Below, piece after piece: positions 36,450-47,536 of a DNA stretch of 64,000 nt. The stretch lies in the NCBI RefSeq assembly GCF_964188315.1, contig NC_135657.1, forward strand, positions 70,990,001-71,054,000, in the 5' to 3' direction. Position 1 is the first letter of the stretch; the number at the start of each line of letters is the position of its first letter. A program made the position numbers and the translations under genes. The notes beneath the pieces are model-generated. The model searched no databases. It was not told where the DNA came from and saw only the letters and a program-made list of their open reading frames with translations. This DNA comes from Podarcis muralis. Its lineage: Eukaryota.

Positions 36450-38310
36450 ATTGTTGTGACGCGCCCTGGGACCTTGCAGCGAAGGGCAAGTAACCTAATA
36501 CAAAAATAATTTTTGGCTCAGGACTTAATGCATCGTCTTCAACGTCTCTGCTTTTAGGTGATATTGTGCAGCTCGCCTGCATTTGGTGGGCAGCGGGGCT
36601 TCTGCTCATTCTACTGAGTGGAGTTTAAGCCCTGCCATCACTACTGCCCGTCTGGTTTTTGCGGCTTGCTAAACGCAAAGCGTATTTCTGACGCTGCCCA
36701 AGGTCAAGAACTAATCGCTTTTCTCCTATCACAAAGCTATTTAAGTGATCCCTGCGCCAAAGATCAATATTGATCTTTCAACGACACCCGCGTCTACAAA
36801 GCAACCCATGATCTAATTTTCGCACGAATTGAGACATCGAGTGACAAGCGAGCGGACGTCGAAGCAGCCACGCCCGCTCCGTCGGGATCTTTCCACGCCA
36901 TTCGAGGTGTCGGTCACGTGACGAGGAAGCGGCTCTTTCCCTCGAGGGCCGTTCCATTGCAGCAGGCGGGGGGGTGTGCGCTGCTTGAAGGGGTTTACGC
37001 GTCGACGAGACCATCTCTTATTACGCAGGGAGCTGAGAGAGAGAGAAAGACAGAGCGCGCACGCGCTGGCGCTTGCCTCAATCCACGCGTCAAACAGCTC
37101 GCGCGGGCCGCCCAACGGCCGCGTCACGTGACTGCAGACTTCGACCGGCCGGGAAGCGGAGCGGGTTGCGCGAGCTGAGGGCTGAGCCGCTTTTCCCGTC
37201 GTTGTTTCTTCTTTCCTCGTGGGGCGAATCCCCCTCGCTTACCTCGCCGAGAGACGCCATGAGCTGCTTCAGCCGCCTTCGCTGGGCTGCCCTGGGCTGG
37301 GCGCTGCTCCTGCTGGTGGTCGCCTCTTGCTTCACGTCCGCCTTGGCCGCGGCCGAAGAGGAGGAAGGTGAGGAGACGGAGCGGGTGGGTGGGTGGGCGG
37401 CACAGGGCTTCGGGAGCTCCTGGCGTCGCGGCGCCGTGAAGCCTTGAAAGCGAAGCGGGGGGAACACAGGGGGCCCGGAGGCTGCGACGCGCTCTGCGCG
37501 CCAGGCTCACCTCCGCGCGGAGATAGCCGCCCTGGCCTTGACGGACCGGCGCTGGACGGGGCTCGTAGTGCAGCCCCTTCTCGAAGAAAGGAGCCCCGAG
37601 GGCGGAGGGAATGAAGAGAGGGGGGAGGTGGTCTTGTTACGGGTTGCCAAGGGGCGGAGGCGAGGCGGTGGGGGGGCAGAGCGGACCTCCGGCACCGACC
37701 CCCCTTTCTCTTTTGAAGGCATGCAGGACCCCCCCCCCCGCCAACGTGGAATTCCCCGCTCCCCACGTGGCAAACAGTTGATTTCGGTCCGAAAAAGGCT
37801 GAGGGGTTGAAATGGTTAAACATGGCACGCAGCTGCTGAGGGGCGAACATGGCCCCGCCGCGGCTGCAGTTCAGTTCAAGCATCGCGGTTCTTCCGCGTC
37901 AGTAGCGATTCTAGCCCTAATTTATTGGGGCAGGGGCGGCTTCGCGTCCCCTTCTCTTCCCTCCGAGGGAGGCATCGGCAGGCAGGAAGAATGCGGGGAG
38001 GCAGGATTCGCGGCGTTGGGAAGCTCGGGTCGTGGGAAAGGGTCCGCCCACCGCCAGACCTGAGGCTCAGGAGAGTTGCCTTCTCGTCGCTTGTAAGAGA
38101 AACGAAACCGTGGGGTGTGGTGGTGGGGATGGAGGCGGCGGAGGGCCACTGGCAGCTGCCCCGCTCGGTCTGGTTTCGGATTGTGTTGGCTCCGTGTTCG
38201 CTGCGCTCCGCCTCCCCTTCTGAAAAGTTTACGAACATTCGAGCCGAGACAATGCAGCAACGTTGCCCTCTCTCTTCGTGTATTTATTTATCCTGCAGTG
38301 ACGCACGATC
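36450..38310 (+). promoter_or_regulatory. CD164: CD164 CpG-island promoter, exon 1 and 5' intron 1
   Basis: Dense CpG/GC; GTCACGTGAC at 36913-36922 and 37123-37132; NRF1-like GCGCGCACGCGC at 37055-37066. Confidence 0.85.
37259..37367 (+). CDS. CD164: CD164 exon 1 (signal peptide)
   Basis: gacgccATG; MSCFSRLRWAALGWALLLLVVASCFTSALAAAEEEE; gaag|gtgagg. Confidence 0.9.
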
Positions 38311-39311
38311 TGTATATCAGCTATGAGTTAACGCAAGGGATGAAGTGCAAGGATTTATTGTTCAAAAGCCCTAATTCTTTACAGCGTAGGAGCTATTTTG
38401 AGAGAGGTTGCAAGCAATCGGCAATCTGACCTCTATTTTCAGGGAGATAACACAAGTATTTATTTGTTTTCCTCCTTGCCTTTCTATCATCATGGTTGTT
38501 ACGATGGCACCATCAACTTTCATGGCACTGGGCAGTATATAAGAGGTTTTGTCTAAATTAACAGGATGAAAGCTATAAACAGAAAAAAGTACTTTGGTTC
38601 TCTTATTTTAAAGCTGTGTTCATTTGTTTGTCTTTGCAACTGCACAACTGATGGAGGCAAGTAAGTTGGGAGAAGGCCTTGAGGGAAAAGATTTCCACCC
38701 TCTTAAGGATTCCCCTGCTGATGTGTTTTAACAGCTGCTTTTGCGATGAATGTCTGTAGAAGCTGCTATTAGGATGAGTCTAGATTTCTTTTAATCAATT
38801 GCATTAAAGGTTTTCAACCTAATATACCATAAAATTTCAAACTAAAGAGAAAAATGAAAGAATGTATCAAACAGAAAGAAACTAAAGACAAAATTAAAGT
38901 AAGATAATCTTCATAAAACACAAAATTATAAATATATCTATGTAGCCCTTGGTCACCATTTTATCTTAACCTTCACACACACAGATAGTTGAATTCTCCC
39001 ACCTCCCACCTGAGAAAAGCCATTCTGACCTGCCTCATAGAGGCCCTATCCTCTCTGTCAGCTCCCTGTACAGGATGAGTCTAGATTTTTTCTCCCCCAA
39101 AATAAATTACCTCACTGGAGTTTTCTAAATTGTTGACATTCATTTCTGCTCACTTATTCACACATTACATAGCATGCAAGCCCATCTTTTAAAACCTATT
39201 GAAAACGGTTTGACTAGGATTAACCTGAAGGACATAGAGCTGAGTTGGCTGTTCCGATGCTAGATATCTTGTGCATACTTCTAACAGATAAACCCACATT
39301 ATTATCCATTA

Positions 39312-39455
39312 AATTTGTATACTGCCCTTCATCAGAAGGTCATAGGGGGGTTCACAACATAAAAATACAAAATGAGAACACAAAATACATAATAAAAACA
39401 AACCAATAACTCCCTCCCACAAACACATTTCAAATTCTGTAGAATGTTTATCAGT
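39312..39455 (-). mobile_element. LINE 3' end fragment (L2-like)
   Basis: tttgtatactgcccttcatc...gttcacaacataaaaatacaaaatgagaac, a recurrent lizard LINE terminus. Confidence 0.55.
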
Positions 39456-40989
39456 TGAAAGTGGGTGGTGGTGGTGCTAGTATCATTCAGCCTGTTTTGA
39501 TTTAACTAAACAAGAAAATAAAGTGGAAATGGAGGAATGAAATAGTTTTATTTACTAATATCTACTTAGAACTCTTAATTTGGGCATTCAAAGAAGTTAT
39601 TCCTACGAATTTCATCTTAAACGACCAATTGCTTATTTTGAGTTAGATAACATTTTAGGATACTTCATCTTTGGCGTGTTAGCTTGCAGGTTCACTCTGG
39701 AGGCCCTTCTTTGAGGAACATTTCACACATCATTGTTCTTTTGTATAATTAATGCACATAATTAACTCATTTATAAATATGTATTTAATGCAGTATGCTA
39801 CTAAAGTACAGCTTTTCAAAGGTGTCGCTTCTGATATTATAGTGTATTTTGCACTGTTAATGCTCTCCTCATAAAACAGGAGTTGAAAACTTCAAATAGT
39901 TGATTATATGCAGGGCTCTACGAGCTCCTTCCTTGCCCACTAGCAATAGTTTTCAGAAGAGGGGAAAGGTCATACTTTAATTCTCAAAGCAGATATCTCA
40001 TTGCAGTAGTTTACATATTCCTTGGCACTGGTGGTGCTTCAATTGGAGTATGAAATTAAAACTAGAACTGTTTCCCGAACATGGCACACAAACTCATTTC
40101 AATATATGTGCTTAATGGAATTAAAGCGAAGCTGGCCAAGCCTATTCCTAGGAAATAGGAGGGAAGATTTGTAAGACATAGCTGCCAGGGTGGTCAGCAT
40201 TGACCAGGGCTCCTTCCTGTGCCTACACACAGTGACTGAAACCTATTTGTAGCTATGTGCAAAGGCCTGAAGGCAGTTTGTGTTATTATTTCATTTAAGA
40301 ATTGCTTTCCATAAAAATCTCAAAGAGGAAAGCAATTTCAGGTCTGGTACAAATGCAGAGTGTAGTATTTTAGGCACCGATAAGCTAAAATAATAGGTCT
40401 AATACAGCATTCATAACAATCTTTGGAATTTAGGACTTACCATCACTGTCATTGTGAAAGGTCTATAATATAGCATCTCGGAACTGCTCCTTTTGGCAAA
40501 GGACACTTGCAAGCAAGAGGTAGTGAGGCCAGAAGTAGCTTCCATTAATTGGTGCTGTTGCAGACCACTAACAGATAGGAGCCAAAAAGCTAGCCTTCTG
40601 GTTTTCTGCAAAGTTAGGTCATCCTCAAATGATTATTCAATAAACGATCATTTTCTATGTCATGCAACTCTAATTGTGAATCACGTTGTCCTACAGATGT
40701 TGCCAGGGTACACCTCCCATCAATCTGACCATTTGCCATGCAAGCTGGGGCTGATGGGGGATAATGTCTGGAGGGTCCCACCCACCCTGACTTACCGCTA
40801 CGTTCAAAATCAGACTCATGGTTTGTCTCCCTTAGACAAACCATAAGCAGTAAGCCAAGAACAAACATTAGTTACCGTTTGTGTTAATGATGGACATTAC
40901 AGACTTGGTAAGCTAAAATACAATAAATTAAACAAACAAAAAATGTGGGCAGCATATTGCTAAAAACATTAAGACAAGTACAAACATTT

Positions 40990-41130
40990 GTTTACACAAA
41001 TAAGAAGGAACCATGGAGGTAGTTGGGCTGTTCAGCAATGAAGAAATGGTAAAGGAAGACAGGAAGTTTACATAAAAACTTAATGAATATTTTGTGTTGT
41101 CCACACTGCAAAACTAACTCAACTAGAAGT
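40990..41130 (+). mobile_element. Degraded CR1 ORF2 fragment
   Basis: Translates to EMVKEDRKF*-KLNEYFVLS, resembling the CR1 EKAELLNxYFASVF segment. Confidence 0.5.
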
Positions 41131-41341
41131 AACCAGAAATGAATGTCTAGGGTCCTTTCTTCTTGGTTACAGGTGTTAATTTTTCATTTGAAAATAAAAA
41201 ACAATTACTTTATAGTGCTTTTGTTTATTCACATTTAACACACTTCTATACCCCAGGGGTGCCATAGACTGTTCATAATTTGTAGTGACCTTTTGAAATT
41301 GTGATCTGTCAACTGTTTAAAAATGCATTCTTCCTTTTTAG

Positions 41342-41428
41342 CTGGCTGTGAAAAACATACCAACTGTAGTTCCTGCATTAGTAGTACTGACAAGTCTGAA
41401 ATAAACTGCACCTGGATTTACTGCAACG
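41342..41428 (+). CDS. CD164: CD164 exon 2 (Cys-rich)
   Basis: GCEKHTNCSSCISSTDKSEINCTWIYCN; 87 nt. Confidence 0.9.
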
Positions 41429-41964
41429 GTAAATGGAATTATTTTGAATTGTAAAACCTAAGAGTAGTTAAGTATGTTTGCTTTTTCTGGCTTAATAGTG
41501 GTTGGCATTTACTGATGTGTGAAACCTGGACTTAGCATTTTTGAGCCAAACTGCATGCTAATAAGCCCACCCTCTGTTGACACTGCCACACTCAGAGGCT
41601 GTCTTCAGTTGAGGAAAAAGATGCATATCTGTGTAGTTTGCCCTTTGGGCTGTAAGCTGGGGTTCAGGCTTTTTATTTGAGGAAGGGACATTTTCTGATC
41701 AAGCGACAGGCTCACTATTGGAAGTGGGGCAAAGTACACAGTGGAGTAAGAAACTGCAACCAGAGAAAGCCATGGGTGTTGAAAAAATGAGGTGGGGGAA
41801 AGTAGGAAGGTTTGAGGCTGAAATATCAGGGAGTTGAGGAGGCACAGGGCTGCTGGGTCTTGAAAGTTGAACCTGGCAGCTGCTGTTGGTTTAAAGTTGC
41901 ATGGAAGGTTTTGTCAGTTGGGGCTTTTACTACTGCTGCCCCACAGAACCTTATAACCCTAAGG

Positions 41965-42431
41965 CATGGGTCGGCAAACTAGGGGCCGGATCCGGCCCAA
42001 TTGCCTACTGGATCCGGCTCACAGACAGTCTGGGAATCGGCGTGGGGATTCTGATTGTTTGGGCTGCGCCATTTCCCCCCACACCACACCACACCACACC
42101 ATGGCAGTACCTCCTCCCTCCCTCCTCCTGGTCTTCTCCTGCCTAGAGGAAGGGGGCTGGGCTTTGTTGAGCTGTAGTTGGCTGAGCGCCATTTTAAGCA
42201 GCTCCTCTCCGGAGCCAGCCCTTTCGCGCCACTCATTGTCTCTCCGCTGCTGCCAGCTTCTGCTGCTTGCAGGGCACAGGTAAGCAGCCACCAGGGCTCG
42301 TCCGGTGCTGTGGAGAAGGGAGGGGAGAGTCGGGGGGATTCCCCCCCCCAAAAAAAAAATATAGTCCAGCCCCCCACAAGGTCTGAGGGACAGTGGACCA
42401 GCCCCCTGCTGAAAAAGGTTTGCTGCCCCTG
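41965..42431. mobile_element. hAT-type non-autonomous transposon
   Basis: TIR CATGGGTCGGCAAAC / GTTTGCTGCCCCTG; 8-bp TSD CCCTAAGG / CCCTAGGG. Confidence 0.85.
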
Positions 42432-42555
42432 CCCTAGGGGGTCAATGAAGACCAAGAAGCAGGAGTATGATAAATTTCTTTTGAGTTTTACATACTGACC
42501 AGCTCATTTCTCAGTTTCTGGTTTTTCTTTGGTGTGTGTGTACTTTGGTGAAATA

Positions 42556-42787
42556 CAGTCAAACCTCGGTTCCCAAACGGCTCTGTTTGCGAATGTTTTG
42601 GCTCCCAAATACCGAAAACCCGGAAGTAAATACTCTGGTTTTCGAACATTTTTCAGAAACTGAACGTCCAACGCAGCTTCCACTTGAGTGCAAGAAACTA
42701 TTGCAACCAATCAGAAGCTGCACCTCTGTTGTTGAACGTTTCAGAAGCTGAACAGGCTTCCGGAACAGATTACGGAGGTTTGACTCG
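42556..42787. mobile_element. Tigger-like MITE
   Basis: TA-CAGTCAAACCTCGG ... GGAGGTTTGACT. Confidence 0.75.
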
Positions 42788-43391
42788 TAGGTCCACCTCT
42801 CGCCGGCCTGTGAAAATCTAAGGTCTTGAAACATTTGGTTACTTATAGGCCCTGTTCTGTATATGTATGGGGTTGTGTGTAAGTAAACAGGGTTTCCCCC
42901 ACGTTTTCCAAGTAGCAGCGCACTAACTTTATACTGTAGCTCACGAAAATAAGTTCCACTGTGTATACAGATTTTACCCACATGTGTATTTTTAATGAAA
43001 CCAATGCCCTTATGTATAGAATTTTTGACCAGGCGCAGACTTGTATTGTGGAGCTTTTCAGAGGTTAAGGGACAAACATAAAGAAGAATCTTTGTGACAC
43101 TTCTTAATTTTCCAGAGTTCTGGAACTCTCAGTATATTGGTTGGTTAACTGCTCTGTGCTAAAATAACACCTCTGCTAAACCAAGGAGTAGATAATACCT
43201 AGGAGTAGATAATACTTAAATGGCAATGTAACAAGCACCACAAGTGAAGCTAATTTAGCAGCTGTATAGCTTTTCTAGGACAATGAAGATAAATGTTTCT
43301 AATGGAAACTTGTAGCCAAAATATTTCATTGAATGTTTCACTCTTGGAAAACTAAACTGAGAATTCTTCCTCAATCTTCTTTTTCTGTAAG

Positions 43392-43466
43392 GTTCTTTGT
43401 CCTACTGTACAAATGCAACGGAAAGTGATAACTGTACGTCTACTTTTAGAAATGAAACTTGTTCAG
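43392..43466 (+). CDS. CD164: CD164 exon 3 (Cys-rich)
   Basis: SLSYCTNATESDNCTSTFRNETCS; 75 nt. Confidence 0.87.
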
Positions 43467-44459
43467 GTAAATATTTACTACTACACTTGTGATGTAAAAC
43501 CAATTCGTTGTTTAGGATCCATGCAGTTGGGAATGTTAAAGTCTCCAAAGCCGGGGTTGCCAGTGCAGCACTTGCAGGCACACATACATCCAAGGAAACC
43601 TTCATTGACTTCCACAGCATCCCCATTTCCTCTTCTATTGGGTATATTACCCCTCCCCCACCATAATTAGATTTCAAAATTTGGTCTTAATATAAAGCTT
43701 TTCTCAAGCTTCATTATTGTGGGAGTATATGTGGATGATCATCCTGGAGAATGTTGCTGGGGAGGGAAATTAAAGCCTTCCCTCTCTAGCTGCACATTCC
43801 AGGAAGATCCGTTTCCCCACTCCTAAATTAGGTGGGGCGGGGATGGAAGCTGAAACACTTTTTTCAAGCTGTATTGCTGGTGGAACATACGTGTGTGGGA
43901 CTCACGGGTTTCTCAGTGTGCCCACTGCTCCATAAATGTTGATGATCCCTGACCCAAGGCCACAGGCGAGGTTATTACTGCTGCAGCACAGATCTGCCAC
44001 ACCTGGGACAATGGAAGAAGTTAGGTAAAAGGCCCAGTGGAAGAGCAGGGTAGGAGGTGTAGAGGTTTTTAAACATGGGTTTCTTGGATGTAATCTGGCA
44101 AATTACCTTTTATTTAATTATTCCCCCACCAGTATTGAATAATTAGCACTTGAACGGATAGCAGAAGCTATTTTCTGTCCCTATGGTAAAACAGTTGGGG
44201 AAGTGTAATTTCACTTAGGTTGTATGGGAATATCTTCAGACAGGAGTAACTATTGCATGCCACCAACAATATTAATCAGCTCTTGTCTATTGCAAGAACT
44301 GGACAGCTGTCAAACAGTAAGTGCTGTAGTAGTTCACCCTTTCTCTTTCATTCCACTACAAGTAGATTCTCATGGATAACATGGCTATCCACTGCTTCAG
44401 GTAGTGGTGAGTGTGCAATAGCAAATTGATGTCGTGTGTCTATCCAAATAGGAGGAGTT

Positions 44460-44650
44460 TGGAAACATAGGATCCTGCCTTTTATTGAGTCATACCATTG
44501 ATCTATCTAGCTCAGGATTGTTCACTGACTGGCTGTGACTCTTAGGGTTTCAGAAAGGATTCTTTTACAGCTTTAACTGAAGGTGCTAGGGATTCAAAAG
44601 GGACCTTTTGCATGCAAAGCATGTGCTCTTACTGTACCACAGTTGAGGAC
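44460..44650 (-). mobile_element. tRNA-derived squamate SINE (degraded); another at about 53880-54010 (+)
   Basis: gggattcaaaagggaccttttgcatgcaaagcatgtgctct = reverse of a tRNA-like head with B-box. Confidence 0.6.
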
Positions 44651-45222
44651 CTTTTAACTGAGCCACGATGAAAATGTTTCTTGAAATAAGAAGAAAGTGC
44701 ATAATTGCATCACTTTAGGTATAGGCTTGGTGCTTTGTTTGTTTTTTAGGATGGGCTGTATTTGAGGGATGTTAATTTGCTAGTGAAACATCTATTTTTT
44801 TAATATTTGCCCCACCATAGTAAGATGCCACGTGTAGGTAGAGCAGCTGTTTTTAAGACCAGTGGGCACAGAATGCTGTGGTTGACAAGGCACAGTCATT
44901 GTTTCTTCCCAGCGTCCCGCTTCATGTTTACCAGGGGAAGTCAGTGATGTTCTTCTGGTCCTGATCGTGGATGTACAGCAGTTCAAGACACAAAACCCTT
45001 TCCCCCCTCGATGCCATTCATAAACCAAAGCCTAGGTTGTAGTAAGGCCCATTATACACAAAGAGACTTAATTGTGAAGTAGACATGTATATTATTGTAC
45101 TGTTAGTGTGAATTCTTAATGAGTGCCTGGCTATCAGAAGATACGCCTTAAAACCCCTTTGCAGTTTTTTCACATTTTGCATTTGCAACATGGGAAGGTA
45201 ATTGTTTAACATCCACCTGCAT

Positions 45223-45357
45223 ATATAAAAAAATTGTCCAGTAGCACCTTAGAGACCAACTAAGTTTGTTCTTGGTATAAGCTTTCTAAGGTGCTCCTGG
45301 ACAATATAGAAAGGTAGACAGACAGACTGTGTCAGACCAACACGGCTACCTACCTGA
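45223..45357. mobile_element. Penelope-like element terminal-repeat fragment with an inverted segment
   Basis: 12-bp TSD ATCCACCTGCAT (45211-45222, 45358-45369); inverted attgtccagtagcacctta / taaggtgctcctggacaat; shares cagaccaacacggctaccta with 62444-62564. Confidence 0.8.
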
Positions 45358-45710
45358 ATCCACCTGCATGTGATTGTGCAGTAGTATGTGCAGAAAATAA
45401 TTTATGGGTGGGTACCTAATCTCAGAAGAATTCACCACAGTAAAGATGTAAGCTGAAGGGCGAAAGTCAACGTTTGGAGCCAGTTACAATTGTAATTGTA
45501 TGATCTGTTCTCCATCACAGCCTCAGATGTATCTTGGGAGCAGAGGTGGCTATTGATAATATAGTACCTCTTATAGCATAATCCACATCTCCTTGGAATT
45601 AAGAGCTATTGAATTCAATGGAGCTTATTCACATGTAAATGGGGTTAAGATTGTAGCCTCAGTGTTTAAATATTCTGTTTTCTGCTTCATACTTTTGTGT
45701 TTTTTTTTAG

Positions 45711-45764
45711 CTCCTCCTAAGCCTACCACAGTTGCACCTACCACAGCCAACACTTCTACCCCAG
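45711..45764 (+). CDS. CD164: CD164 exon 4 (mucin)
   Basis: PPKPTTVAPTTANTSTP; 54 nt. Confidence 0.88.
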
Positions 45765-45912
45765 GTAACAAACTTTTGTGCATTAATAAGTAAACAAGTA
45801 TAAAGGCTTCACCTGTAATAAGGTTTCCAGGATTACTCTGTGAAAATCAGAAATGAGAGCTCATGTTTTTATCCAGTTTCTTGAAATGGCTTAATCACTA
45901 TAAAGGACAGGC

Positions 45913-45913
<1 letters not shown>

Positions 45914-45962
<49 letters not shown>

Positions 45963-46270
45963 TATTATTTATACTCTGCCCATCTCTTTCCCCAGCCACT
46001 CTGGGCATCTTCCAACACAATATTAAAATACAGTAATGCATCAAACATTAAAAACGTCCTTAAACAGGGCTGCCTTTAGATGTCGTCTAAAAGTCTGGTA
46101 GTTGTTCTCTTTGACATCTGGTGGGAGGGCGGGTGCCACCACCGAGAAGACCTTCTGCCTGGTTCCCTGTAACTTGACTTCTCGCAGTGAGGGAACCGCC
46201 TGAAGGCCCTCGGCGCTGGACCTCAGTGTCTGGGTAGAACAATGGGGGTGGAGATGCTCCTTCAGATACC
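45914..46270 (-). mobile_element. L2-type LINE 3' fragment with (AGT)16 tail
   Basis: (AGT)16 at 45914-45961, then ttatttatac...ccccagccactctggg...cagggctgccttta...ggagatgctccttcagata. Confidence 0.78.
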
Positions 46271-46917
46271 AGTACTATGAGTTGCAGGCCAGAATACTGA
46301 TAATTTCCTGTCCTTTACTGAATTGTCTTTGATCACTAAGGTAGATGATACAATTTATTGATGGGAGAAAAACCTGTCTTGAGAATTCATGTTAGTGAAG
46401 AGCATGTAGTAGAATTAGCCAAGAAAAAATTTGAATGCACAGGGGAGTGACTACATGTACACTTCCTCTACATGCATACTTCCATGTTTCTTTCATTCTC
46501 TTCTGGAATGTCAGGAATCAACATTATTGTATATATGGCAAGCGGTTCCTGGGATCTGTGCTTAAATGATTTCTACTTGTCTGGTTTTGTTAATTGTCCA
46601 CTTTGTTGGGGACTTAGCTTCTTACATAACCTCAGTAATGTTTTCCCTAATGTGTTTAATTTTTGATTCTTGAATTATATTGTAAAGATTTCGGATAACC
46701 TCATAATTTGAAAAATAAACATTGCCTTCAAAATGGAGGAAATGACTTTTTAAAACTACTACCAATTTTTCTATCCATGCATAAATATTTTTCATTTATA
46801 ATTATTACTGTGAAATGCATCTAGCAGTGCCTTTGTTCTGCAATCATTTGCTCAATTTGTAAGATTAAAATAGTTATTTAAAGCTGGTTCCAAGATGTGG
46901 TATTTTCTTTGAAACAG

Positions 46918-47025
46918 GTCCTACACATAACGCAACTGCACCAGCCAAACCTACTTCTGCCAGACCTACTGCTTCTAATAGTACAATAGTTACACCTGCT
47001 GCTAGCAACACAACTTCTACACCAG
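46918..47025 (+). CDS. CD164: CD164 exon 5 (mucin)
   Basis: PTHNATAPAKPTSARPTASNSTIVTPAASNTTSTP; 108 nt. Confidence 0.9.
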
Positions 47026-47350
47026 GTAATATTTGATTTATAGCAAGATTAAAATCAGTCCTGTCACAGAGACATTAGCATCTCTCTCGCATGCACATAC
47101 ATATAGTTCTCAATCATGTGCACTCAAAGCATACTTGTGCATGAATGCAGACATATTCAGAAAAACCCCTCCGTTGGTGAAGGAAGTGCCTCTTGTTTAA
47201 AAATAATAATCCAAAATATTATTATTTTTGGTGGGGGGGGGGGATCCAAGTGGTAGGAATCCAAGACATTAGGGCCACCAACCTAGTGCTCGGTGGTGAT
47301 CCATGCATTAAAGAGTAGCTTTCTAAATCTGCACAGCCTATCACTAGTAA

Positions 47351-47536
<186 letters not shown>

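Noticed and set aside
36778-38429. Dense stack of ORFs around CD164 exon 1
   Set aside because: CpG-island artefact; only 37259-37367 has a Kozak ATG, a signal peptide and a donor.
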